Assembly (NCBI RefSeq): GCF_001194135.2
Contig: NC_068981.1
Location: 165,870,330 to 165,924,017, forward strand
Length of the DNA: 53,688 nucleotides
Direction: 5' to 3'
Origin: Octopus bimaculoides
Lineage: Eukaryota
Shown here: positions 22,461-33,919 of the stretch, piece after piece
How positions within the stretch are numbered: the stretch's first letter is position 1
Layout: each line of letters opens with the position of its first letter
Program-made: the position numbers and the translations under genes
Notes under the pieces: model-generated
Seen by the model: the letters and a program-made list of their open reading frames with translations, nothing else
Told to the model about the DNA's origin: nothing
Databases searched by the model: none

Positions 22461-22537
22461 AATCAGTCGACCGAATTGAACAGCAGGCAACATAATGCTT
22501 ATCGTATCTTCTGCTTCCAAAATGCCTTACGCAACAG
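22461..22537 (+). other. Candidate early exon of a second plus-strand gene (UTR or start-containing; ATGs at 22495 and 22522)
   Basis: TTTTACTTCTTACACCAG acceptor and CAG|GTAAGA consensus donor, inside the CpG-rich zone downstream of the CCAAT box. Confidence 0.4.
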
Positions 22538-23619
22538 GTAAGATCAAATTATTACGCCGTATTGTATTGTAGGGGCAGGGTAAGCCCCAAGTACTTCGAA
22601 TCTGGGACCCCATTACTACAGGATTCGATTTTGTACTGGAATTAAAAAAAAAGAAGGAAAAAAATGAATTCTCTGGACATCAATAACTTTAGCAGAAAAG
22701 AAAAAAAAAGGCTCTGGCTTAACGGGTCTTCGGTTTGTGCAACTATAATTTTTCAGTTTTTTCCTTAAATTTTCTTTTAAGCTACTTATGCAATCAACGG
22801 TGGTTCTGTCCACTAAAACAATATTTACGAGTCTATAAACACGCTATCACCCACAGATATTCTATACTTATCTAGCTTTTATCATTGACTCTCTTCTGTC
22901 TATTTCTCTGTGTACAACAGATCTATCCGATCATTCATCCATCCACCTCCCCACTCATTCTTATATTCCCTAATTACTGAGCCCCTTTTAACGTATTTTT
23001 CGAATGTTTTCTTATCAACCTTGGAGAGTCTAAATATTTCTGCTCCATTGCTCTCTATTCATATATCTCGTCTTATCAGTATCACATTTTGTTTTACATA
23101 ATATAATTTAAGATATGTTATTTAACCAAAATGAATTAGTGTAACTCTGTATATAAGAGAGGGTGAGAGAGAGTATTCATACACACGTTAATTTACACTT
23201 CACTCTTGCTATAAACCTATACGGAATAATATTTTTGTGCCAATAAAACACACACACACACGCGACTCTTCTTAAGACAGAGGATCGATTCTCTTTTCAG
23301 GAAGAGATGCCTTAAGATAATTGAGTAAACTCTTCAGAAACAATTAAGGAGAAAATTGAACCCAATGGTATATGATCTTAGAAATATAACATATATAATT
23401 TCTTATATAGTCCCACCCCCTTTTGGACCGTATAGTTATGTAAGGGAGGGGAAAAGAAGTGAAACAAGAATGTGATTCCCACCACCACCTCGTCCCCGTG
23501 TGCCTTTCTCAACACATTAACAGCTTCTCTAAAGTGACTAACAAAAACTGCTATAAACCAGGTTCCCTTGAATAGATATGTCTGGATATATAAATATGTA
23601 TGCACAGTATTTGTTCAGA

Positions 23620-23880
23620 CTTTTTACTTTCTGTGTTCAAATCCTGCTGAGGTCAGCTTTGCCCTTTATCCTTCCAGGATGGATAAATTAAAATACAGAA
23701 TCCATGTAATCAACTAAGCCCTTCCTCTCCAAATTACTAGCTTTGTACCTAAATTAGAACCGTCAAGGTTAACTTTGCCTTTTATCCTTTCAGGGTCAGT
23801 AAAATAAAGTTCCAGTCAGGTACTGGAGTAACCCCTCCCCTCAAAATTGTTTGTTTTGTGCCTAAATTAGAAATCATTAT
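23620..23880 (+). mobile_element. Two partial SINE family A bodies in tandem
   Basis: TTTGCCxTTTATCCTT motif twice, each followed by the A-type tail. Confidence 0.7.
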
Positions 23881-24847
23881 TAATGTTGTTGTGCCTATAG
23901 TAAAAAGGGTTATTAATGTTGTTATTGCTGGTTAATAGTGATTAGGACAATACATTCAACTGAATCGCATGGCTGAAGTATTGAACTACTGACTGCAAAA
24001 TTTTGATTTAAAATGTTGTTGTGTACAGCCTCCTATACTAACTAGCAAATTATTTGTAATGTTAAAAAAATAAATCACTGCCGGATATTATTTAGAAAAG
24101 CTTCATCCTATCTAGATTAGAAGAAGGCAAAGTGTTTAGTACTGAGATGAGACAATGCTTGTGAAAATATTTCCTGAGGAAATTCATAAGGAACTGCCTC
24201 TCTCTCTCACTCTTTATATGTTGTGGGTTCATAAACATATTGTAATTCTTGGATAAGAAGACAGTCTCTTTTAATAACATGGACTGTCTCAGATGAAGTT
24301 TCACATCACAAACCATCAAATCACTTTGTAATTTTACAAACCTGTTATTGAGAACGGTAGTGAATTATCAACATGCAGTCATAGATGGAGTGGTCCATTG
24401 AAAACTAAATCCTTTTAGCCATGCACTTATTGCAGTGCCAGTGACAAAACACACACTTGTATCCTCTTTCTGTCTGCTAGTCATCCTGTACTCTCATAAT
24501 CCTGTAGTTAATGTCCTATTTCATTGATGAGTGATTCATTTAGGAGAAGTAATTTATGCAAATCTTTAAAATTTCAAAACTTATTGCAACACCACACTTT
24601 GTGATGAAGGAGCTTCTACATGTCTGAGTGCAACTTGCTAGAAATAGCAGTCAAATTTCCCACACCTCTTAAAAGAAATTGTGTAGACAGAAATCTCAAT
24701 GGGAACCTATCAAATGGATCTTGTCATACTGTATCTTGCCGATTCTACTTGAGGATTACATTAAGGGTACAAATATCTATGGGATACTTACCCATTACAC
24801 CATAATTCAATGAGGAGATAGTTCAGTTGATGAAGCAACAGGAATAA

Positions 24848-25195
24848 GCACAAGCGTGGTTATGTTCTTGTGTTTAGTTTTATTGTGTGAGACCTTGAGC
24901 AAATGTCTTCTAGTTTAACTTTGAGCCACCCAAAGCCTTGTGAGTGGATTTGGTGGGCAGAAACTAAAAGTAGCTTGTGTGTGTGCCTTTGTCTTGATAT
25001 CACATGATTATAAATGAACATCACCATCATACAAGTGATGTTGTTTGCTTCCAGTCTTTTGTGGAAAGTGTCTAACCATGGGAAATATTTCCTTGCTTGG
25101 AGACAGGTGAAGATTAGCAACAGGAAAGGCATCTGACTTTGGGGAAATCTGCCTGAACAAATTTTGTCTTGTCAACGAAAGCATGATGATGATGT
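24848..25195 (+). mobile_element. SINE family B (B2 tail), diverged
   Basis: Collinear with 9160-9562. Confidence 0.8.
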
Positions 25196-25399
25196 GTACT
25201 CATCTTCAAAGCCAACTGAAAGCCATTTACCTTTTAACTAACAGAAATAGGTACCAGTAAAGCTAATTGCTCATGACTGGATGAAAACTCAAGTAATTAA
25301 TTCTGATTTATCACGCAGACATGAGAAGAAGGCAATATCAATGTCTTGAGCAGACACTAGACGAATTTCATAGAGACTGAATTGAGCTTAGTAATATTG

Positions 25400-25695
25400 A
25401 AAGAAAAAAGACCCCCTTCGGTCATGAATGACCATGGGATTGCACCTAGAGAGTAACCCACCAAGGCACTGGCCTGGGCAAGGTTGTTTATTGTAAACCA
25501 GCAGTCACCCATTCATACTACCAATGTTATCCAGTGACATTGCAACTCGTTTCTGCAGCTGAGTGAACTGGGGCAGCGTGAAATAAAGTGTCTTGCTCAA
25601 GAACACAGCACACAGCCTGGTCCAGGAATGGAACTCACTACCTCATGATTGTGAGCCTGATGCTCTAACCACTGAGCCATGCACCTTCACTGGTA
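25400..25695 (-). mobile_element. SINE family C head with a third tail type ending in a GGTCAT-GA-ATGACC hairpin
   Basis: C head at 25620-25695. Tail read on plus as GACCCCCTTCGGTCATGAATGACCATGGGATTGCACCTAG. Confidence 0.75.
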
Positions 25696-25811
25696 ATGAT
25701 TGACCCTGTCTTTGAAATTGATAAAATAGCAATATTACTGATACTTATTTTATCAACTACAAAGACTGTACCAAGCATAGCAGAATTATAATTCCAAAAC
25801 TTAAAGATATA

Positions 25812-25987
25812 TAGGTGCAGACATGGCTGTGTGGTTAAGAAGTTTGCTCTGCAGCCATATGATCTTGGGTTCTGTCCCACAAGCCAGGACTTTGTGCAAG
25901 TGTCTTCTACTATATCTCTGGATTGATCAGTGCCTTGAATGAATTTAGAAGATGGAAACTATGTAGAAGCTTGCCACACACGCACGC

Positions 25988-26032
<45 letters not shown>

Positions 26033-26190
26033 TAAGGCAAGCTGACAGAATCATAAGCACACCAGGTGAAACACTTAGTGGTATTTCGTCCATCCTTATG
26101 TTCTGAGTTCAAATTCCACCAAGTCAACCTGGCCTTTCAGGGTCAATAGAATAAGTTCCAGTTGAGTACTGGAGTTGACGTAATCAACTT
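25812..26190 (+). mobile_element. SINE-B head (25812-25975), (CA)n, and SINE-A (26033-26190)
   Basis: Family signatures as above. Confidence 0.8.
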
Positions 26191-26364
26191 AAAAATACTC
26201 CTGGATAAGAGTATAAAATCCTGCACTTCTCTGCTAAGCCATGTCAAGCCGATGTGGTAGAGTAGGCTCATCAAACCAGTTGCAGTTGGTGCAGGGGATA
26301 TGCTGAGGCCTTTGTCCTGCAGTGAACTGGACATAAGCAATCTGATTTAATCCAATATGTGTAT

Positions 26365-26978
26365 ATGTTTTCTTTTATTCTTTTATTTGTTTCAGTCATT
26401 TAACTGTGGCCATGCTGGAGCACCGCCTTTAGTCGAGCAAATCGACCCAGCACTTATTCTTTGTAAGCCTAGTACTTATTCTATCAGTTTCATTTGCCCC
26501 TCACACCATAATTCTATCGGTCACTTTTGCTGAACCACTAAGTTACAGGGACATAAACACACCAGCATCGGTTGTTAAGTGATGGANNNNNNNNNNNNNN
26601 NNNNNNNNNNNNNNNNNNNNNNNNNNNNNNNNNNNNNNNNNNNNNNNNNNNNNNNNNNNNNNNNNNNNNNNNNNNNNNACACACACACACGTACATATAT
26701 ATATATATATATATATAGTTGGAATTTACAGAAAAACAAAAGACGAAGACAGGTGTATAAAAGAGCAAACAAGTGTATTAATTTAATGCTCAGGAAGGTG
26801 AGAAAGTCTTTTATGTTTCGAGCCTATGCTCTTCAACGGAAAGGAACACAAGAAAATAAACAGAGAGATAATAAAAAAGCTTTAGTGGCTGGGCTTCTTT
26901 CAGTGTCCATCTACCAGATCCACTCACAAGGCTTTGGTTGGCCTGAGGCTATAGTAGAAGATGCTTGCCCAAGGTCTA
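26365..26978 (-). mobile_element. SINE family B (B1) split by a gap, microsatellite and a nested insert
   Basis: Tail at 26365-26586 and head part at 26880-26978. Confidence 0.8.
26718..26880 (-). mobile_element. Probable Penelope-like terminal-repeat relic in (TA)n
   Basis: Minus strand CCGTTGAAGAGCATAGGCTCGAAAC resembles the hammerhead-type motif of Penelope-like element termini. Confidence 0.45.
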
Positions 26979-28061
26979 CTACATTATCTAGTGCTACCTT
27001 ACTTTGCTTACTATTTCTAGTAGATCAAACGACCATGCAGAATCTCTTTCACTGGCTTGTGTAGTAACTGTTGTATGTAGGTGGATTTTGCCTATTTCTT
27101 TGTTATATTGTTGTAAAAGATATTTTGTTTTTGTTTTTCAATTTGTAGAGTTTTCAAGTTATCAGATCTGAAGTAATAGGTTTTGACTCATTTATGCCTC
27201 TTGGTGCAAGAGGAACGTTTGTGTGTGTCCATTGATTATAGTAATGCATGCCTACCGGATCAAATTATATAAGTAAACCACCCACATAAGCAATCGTACA
27301 CTTATAAAATACACACACACTCACACACTAACACATGCTCTTACTGACTCACAAGACTATAAAAAGATATTTGTCTATATACGTAAGCAAGTAACTATTA
27401 ATCAATTTGTATATATGTCCATCTCCCCTTGTTTGTTTGTGTACGCATGTGTTTTATATGTATATACATTTTATATTTGTGTGTGTATGTGTGATTTGGA
27501 GAAATTTTGTGTTTACCAGGGGTTCCTTAACTGGTTTCGACTATTGGACCTTGGTCATATCAGAGCACTGCCTTTGATAGAATAATCAATTACACAAGCC
27601 TCTGCACTTAATTTTCTTGACTTACTTTTTTCTTTGTTTATTTTATTGACCTTGAAAGGATTAAACCTGAGTGGGGTTTGACCTCAGAATATAAAGGGAT
27701 ATAACCGAATATTATAAGGTAGATTTGCTGATGTCTTACTAATTTTGCCATCCACCTGTTATATGGAGATATTATTTTACAAAATCTTGTCAAGATTTCC
27801 ATAAAACTTGAGAGTCAACGCTTTGCTCTAATATCAAGGCATGGAAAGAATGACAGATACTCCTGTCACACACATAAAATCTTTAAATACAACATCAACA
27901 TATCATAGAAAACTTTTCTCAGAAAATCTGTTACATATATTCCAAACAGCTGTATGTGTTGAAGTATGTGAAGTATTATGTGTCACTAAGTACTTGTAAA
28001 ATGACTGAATGGTTAAGAAGTTTGCTTTGCAACCATGAGGTTCTGCATTAGATCTTGGGTG

Positions 28062-28290
28062 GAGGCATGTGGCTTAGTGGTTAGGAGTCTTGGACTCTTG
28101 ATTGTAAAGTTGTGGTTTTGATTCCTGGACTGGGCGACGCATTGTATTCTTGAATAAAATACTTCGTTTCACATTACTCCAGTCCACTGAGCTGGCAAAA
28201 ATGAGTAATCTTGTGATGAACCAGCATCCCATCCAGGTGGGAAATATATACGCCACAAAACCAGGAAACTGGCCCTTATGAGTCGGTACT
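28062..28290 (+). mobile_element. SINE family C (tail shared with family E)
   Basis: GGAGGCATGTGGCTTAGTGGTTAGG head and CATCCCATCCAGG...GAAACTGGCCC tail. Confidence 0.85.
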
Positions 28291-28744
28291 ACCCAAGAAG
28301 GTAACTTTACCTTTTTATCACATCTTGGGTAAGTTTCTATTACTATAACCTTGGGTCCATTCAAATCTTATGAGTGAAATTGCATGGATTGTACTTGTTA
28401 TTCACAGATTTAGCCTTGTCACACACTGTCACACTGACTTTCTCCAAATGTTACATAAGAGGACACAGCTATTGAATATTAAGTCACTTACATGCTAGCT
28501 CAATAAGTAAGCCGTTCTGTTGACCAAACAATTAGAACACTCATTGTGAAGACTCATTGTGATCCATTTATATAATCAAATATTCCCAAATGTATTAGAG
28601 TTCAAGGCATTAACCTACTAAGCCTATTTTTCTTTCTTTTTTTCTTCTTTATATTCCTAGTAACCAGGATATTACAACAACACAAATTATGAGTCCATAG
28701 TAACTATCATTTATAACTCTAATCTTAATCTTACTTTCATGCTT

Positions 28745-29095
28745 TATGTCATCATCATCATTGTTTTAATGTCCACTTTTCCATACTCAGACAGTCTACT
28801 GAGGCAGATTTTCTATGACCAGATGCCCTTTCTGTTGTCAACCCTTTCCTGTCACCAAACATGACCAAAAATGTTTCTGCAGAGTATTGGAAAGGAACAA
28901 CACTGCTTGTGTGATAGTGACACTCATTTACAACAATCATACAATGTCAAGACAAGGAGGTACATACATACATGCATGCCTGCATACTAAAACGGTTAAC
29001 AGCAGGAAGAGTACCCAGCCATAAAACTCACCCTCAAAAAGTCCCTCTAACTCATGCTAACATAGAAAAACGGACATAAGATGATGATGAAAGTG
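28745..29095. mobile_element. Two RTE/B2-type (GAT)n tail fragments in opposite orientation
   Basis: ATGTCCACTTTTCCAT (minus, about 28750-28860) and CATGCTAACATAGAAAAACGGAC..GATGATG (plus, about 29000-29090). Confidence 0.65.
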
Positions 29096-29211
29096 ATATA
29101 TATACTACATCCTCATCATCATTTTAATGTCCAATTTTTGATGCTCACACTTGGCTGCTACTTCTAGCAAGTTGAGCTTACTTGTAATGGAGGCTCATTT
29201 GTTGGATTTAA

Positions 29212-29385
29212 CTCTTTAGCATTATAATTACTCTATCATATTTAATGTTTATTTATTTACTTTATTTTGAACTAACCCTGCATTATCTCATAGCTTTGAC
29301 TCTTCAATGGTATGATTGTTTAGTTTTTGAGCATAAAACAGGTAGAATTTTGCGGCTGGATATTGCTGTTTTAAACATTAAAGGG
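29212..29385. mobile_element. piggyBac-type MITE
   Basis: TTAA|CTCTTTAGCATT ... AACATTAAAGGG|TTAG: imperfect 12-bp TIRs and TTAA-like TSD. Confidence 0.65.
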
Positions 29386-30445
29386 TTAGCTTAACCTCAT
29401 AGCTATTCTACCTCATTATTTGTTAATATTTTAGACAGTTGTAGTGGGTGTGGAAGGGGATAGATCTTGTTAAATTTTGCCAGTTCGTCACTCACAGAAT
29501 CATTTTGGCATCTAATTTATTTTTATAGCTGGATGTAAATTTAATTATCAGTGGAGATTTAAAATGTGAATATATTTCAAATGTTACCCAGAATGCAATG
29601 CTCTTCCCTTTGTTAAAACCAAGTATAAATATTGACCAAGACAACCTACTTTATTCACTCTCAACTTCAATGTTTGTAAACAATTTTCTTTACAACCTAT
29701 TTTCCTTCCACAACCTAGATATATATCAATATACTGTGAGCTGACTCACTTACACATGCATACTCATACAAAACAATAGTACTGGAATACTTCTTTATTT
29801 ACTGTTGTTTTGACCTAGGTTAATCTACATTGAGCAGATCCATAATCAAAAGCATTCCAATCATAACCATACCTTTTCTTCTTTCATATCCAATATGTGT
29901 CTAATTTGTTACCCAATGTAGTCTTGGATATCATTTTTAAGGTGGTAGGTTTAGATTTAAGGGTAATTTGGTTGTTATTTCTGACGGGTTAAGCAACCAT
30001 GTAGATGCTCTTTTGTTGGCTCATTTCTTCACTGTATGTGTTTTGGATGTGTGTGTACAGATACACACACATACACACACACACATATATATATACATAT
30101 ATACATAGTAATTTTATATATAAAATACCTTTATAAAAGTACATGTCTGAATTACCAAGAGCGGATATCTTCACTTAGCTGGGTTGCGTTGTCTGCACAC
30201 ACGGCAGGAATATCAGGTACGAACACCCCTGCATGGAGTCATGATGTTCAATATTTAATATTGTTTGGGTGTGTGAATTATACTGAGCTAGCAAGGTGCC
30301 TCAATTTAAGTACCTAATTCAATTGAATCTTAATTATATTATATATATATATAAACACACACGCACACACACACACACACACACACATTTATGTATTTGT
30401 TTTGTAAAATTCCTGATGTGAAATTCTGTTTAAACAGATATTGTT

Positions 30446-30758
30446 ATATTTTGGGATGGTCATTTTTCTTTTCTTGTGAAATAAACACATGTACTATATT
30501 TTTGTTTATTGTTGTTCTTGTTTTATGTCCACTGTCTGGAAATTTTTCATCCCACACCTGTGATCCCTTCAGCATCTCTCCATCCCACATGTCTCCTCCA
30601 GAGCAGGAGGAGATATGTGGGATAGAGAATCACTCAAGAGGTCAGGTGTGTGATGAAAGGTTTCTAGGCAATGGACATAAAATGAGAACAATCATATGCA
30701 AGTGAAGACAAATATATAGTGCATGTGTTTATTTGGCAAGAAAAATGACCGTCCCAAA

Positions 30759-30762
<4 letters not shown>
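30446..30762. mobile_element. Fold-back MITE 1, about 317-bp imperfect palindrome with a 6-nt central loop
   Basis: Arms 30446-30599 and 30606-30762 are complementary along most of their length. TA-rich flanks. Confidence 0.85.
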
Positions 30763-30794
<32 letters not shown>

Positions 30795-30799
30795 GATGA

Positions 30800-30831
<32 letters not shown>

Positions 30832-30838
<7 letters not shown>

Positions 30839-31004
30839 ACACTTATTCGGTAGCCATGATAAAACTCCGAGTTTCGGATGCTGGAGTGGGAACCCATGCC
30901 AACATCTCTTCAGTTATCCGGCCATAGAGATGTTGGCGTGGGTTCTCACCCCGGCATCCAAAACTCGGAGTTTTTATCATGGCTACCAAATAAGTGCCAC
31001 ATAT
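30832..31004. mobile_element. Fold-back MITE 2, 78/79-bp arms with 16-nt spacer
   Basis: Arms 30832-30909 and 30926-31004 differ by 7 transitions and 1 indel (manual comparison). Inserted next to (TA)n. Confidence 0.9.
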
Positions 31005-31078
31005 TTTTACAGATAAATTCCTCTATTTACATGATATCGAGGTCTCTTTCTTTCTTTTGTTGTCCTTTTTATCAACAC

Positions 31079-31111
<33 letters not shown>

Positions 31112-31297
31112 TAAGAGCTTTCGTCCTTGATGAACAATAGGGATAGTGGTGGCCCATCAGAGAAATGAGCTCTACAAGGTGGAGTGAATGCTGCAACAAA
31201 TGTCTCTGGCCATTCTCTGCAGCAATAACATAGCAGTCATTACCATGGAGCATGGCCCATCACCCCCTCCCCTTCCATCTGCTGCTGCTTTACTCCT

Positions 31298-31335
<38 letters not shown>

Positions 31336-31476
31336 TTTTTCTTTCTTTGTTTGCCTTTCTTATTCTCTCTTTTTTTCCTGTTTCTTTGTATTTAAATGTT
31401 ATAAATTTCTGTCTTGCTAAACTGTGAACCGCTTTGTTTTTTTGTTTTTTTTCTTCTATTGATCTACTTGATTAAG

Positions 31477-31506
31477 CTTGGGCTGTGACTAAACAACATC
31501 ACAAAG
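31477..31506 (+). CDS. Candidate 30-nt exon (WAVTKQHHK)
   Basis: Upstream T-rich tract, AAG|GTAATT donor, phase 1 to 1. Not linked to other exons. Confidence 0.2.
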
Positions 31507-32038
31507 GTAATTCATATCTTGTCAGTTGCATATTCTTTGTCCATGATCCCTTCAAGGCAGTGCCCCGATTTGGTTGCAATTCAATGACTGGCACAAGTAA
31601 AATAATAAAAATAATCTGTGTTAGTGTTTTTGTTGAAGGAATTGCACTTAACTGGAATTCAGTAGTTCATAGCTTGTCAGTTGCATATTCTTTGTCCATG
31701 ATCAAAGCACTTAACTCTCTTTGATCTGGTTCACCTAGCTATATATAGGCACCATATGGCATTGATTTACTATTATAAACATTAGTGACACTGAAAATTG
31801 ACAAGTGCTCTGAATTCTATTTCCTCATTGGGAAAGTTAACTTGCAATGGATTGGTATCCTATCCAGTGAAAGATTTCTCTCTCAATCATTTATTATTAC
31901 AGAGAGCAAAGTTGGCTTGCTCTTGAACCAGTAGACTTTCAGATCTCCACCAAAAATCAACTTTTTAACTTGTTTGTTGAGCTTTTACTATATANNNNNN
32001 NNNNNNNNNNNNNNNNNNNNNNNNNNNNNNNNNNNNNN

Positions 32039-32082
<44 letters not shown>

Positions 32083-32704
32083 GTTAGTTAATTTGAGAAA
32101 GTGTGCCATACAGCTGGATTTTTAAGTCTTGAAAAGACAGTAGGAAGAGGATTCAATTCTAGGAAGAAGTGTTCTATAAAGTGATTATCGTGAAGTCTAG
32201 GATATGACAAACAGTATGTCCAGCAAAAAAAGAGATAAGCTTATCAAATGTGTTTTGGTGGAAACCTCATTGTACGGCTTAACAAATTCAAAGGATTAGG
32301 GATAATTTTCCTAGTCAAGGAGCACAAAGATATGGTGTCAGGGTTTAAAAGTATATAAAGTGTTGATATATTTATGTTTCTTTATTTAATCTCCCCCCCC
32401 CCACTTTCCTCTTAAAAGAAATCTTAGATTTTATTAAACAGCCTCGGGTGTGTGAAGAATGTTTGGTTCACATAGTTATAAAACTTTGTGTGATAACGGA
32501 AATACATTTTTCTTTTTTGTTTTTACTTTGTACTAATACAAATTTTTTTTAAAAATAAAGATGCTTTTAAAGGTTGAGTAAAACATGACCCTCATATAAA
32601 TAAATAAATTTGCTATACGTATAAATGAAAGCTAATAAATTTTTATTAATTAGTATTATACTGTTGATGAGAAAAAAACTCTACTGCACCTGCTTTCACT
32701 ACTA

Positions 32705-33365
32705 CTCCATTTCTACCTAAATAATGTGCCACCATTATTCCACTGTTCAAAAAGGGTGACTGCACATCACCTGTTAGTTACTGTCCAGTTAGTCTTACCA
32801 GCTGAATCGTCCCAGATTTATGGCATCTGTACCAAAGAGACATTCAGGAACTTCTAAAACTTTTATAACCTTGTTCAACCCTCACAATTTAAATTTATCT
32901 TTAACTCCAGCTGTTGTGGCCAACTTATTGAATTTCTTGAAAACATCACCTGAATTACAGGTGGTGGTTCATGGATGGATGTTATCTATCTCATCTTCAC
33001 CAAAGCCTTTAATTCTGTGATACACAAATGACTTATGGAGAGGTTCTCTGCAATTGCCATGAGGGCTGATCTGGTTGAAATCCTTCATTCTTGGTCAAAA
33101 AGAGGTAGTCATGGTACTAGGACAACATTTTGCATTTTATGCAATGACATCTGGTGTCCTACAGAGATCTGTTCTTGGTCCTTTGGAATTTGTTGCATGC
33201 ATTAATGAAATATATGCCAACTTGAAGTGTGTTACTGTGTTACAATATGCAGAGAACAATAAGTTATACCTTGAGATAAAAAAGAACAGATCCTACATGT
33301 AGACCTTTCTTGCAATCTGACCTGGACTTAATACAACAATGGATTACTGACCAGTGCAATTGTCC
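32705..33365 (+). pseudogene. Decayed CR1-clade LINE reverse transcriptase
   Basis: Relics IIPLFKKGD...YCPVSLTS, MDVIYLIFTKAFNSV, TSGVLQRSVLGPL, LQYAENNKLY, LQSDLDLIQQW. Confidence 0.88.
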
Positions 33366-33770
33366 AGTGGTAATCAAGAGATTGGAAGAGACCACACAGG
33401 AAACCTCAAAGCTGGGAAAGCAACATAGTCAAACAATTCAAGTCAAAATAATATTAGACATAAAGTCAAATACCATTAACCTCATTCATTATTTTAGTGA
33501 TTTTTACATATTTTCCTTTACACAAAATGAATCTAGCCCTTCAGCACCAAAAATTTACTCAACACAAGTAAAACAAAAACCAAAAAAAACAAAAAACCTC
33601 CTACTCATTTTCCTACTTATTTTCCCTATTCTTACCAATAAAACAGAAAACCTGCCTGTTTGTGAAACCATTTCTTTAGGAATTCCCACCTTTGAAAACT
33701 TACCTGTTCATTTGAATTTTTCTTTTTCTATTTTTCTTTTCTTGATATCTTTTTTTTTTTAAGCCAATAG

Positions 33771-33866
33771 TACATTAAAAACATGTTTATCAAGGATTGT
33801 GACCTTCAAGCTAATAAGATACTTAGGGCATTGAAACTGTGGATGAATTTTCCCACCCTTCAATAA
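33771..33866 (+). CDS. Candidate exon (YIKNMFIKDCDLQANKILRALKLWMNFPTLQ*)
   Basis: Long polypyrimidine tract then TAG, 31 open codons, stop followed by GTAATA. Unlinked. Confidence 0.25.
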   Translation, partial: YIKNMFIKDCDLQANKILRALKLWMNFPTLQ

Positions 33867-33919
33867 GTAATAAATAATAAGAAAAACAACAGCAGTAGCA
33901 GTAGAGACTACAAAACGTG

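Larger units (their letters stand above)
19400..23300. promoter_or_regulatory. CpG-retaining zone, putative intergenic or promoter region, with CCAAT box at 22085-22093
   Basis: Visibly more CG dinucleotides in both unique and repeat DNA than in the flanks (not computed). GACCAATCA is an NF-Y-like site. Confidence 0.5.

Noticed and set aside
26579-27064. 161-aa ORF in the track
   Set aside because: It runs through an N gap, a microsatellite and repeat sequence.
29529-29745. 71-codon open frame after a strong acceptor (LDVNLIISGDLKCEY...)
   Set aside because: No convincing donor, very AT-rich, and LIISGDL may be a LINE endonuclease relic.
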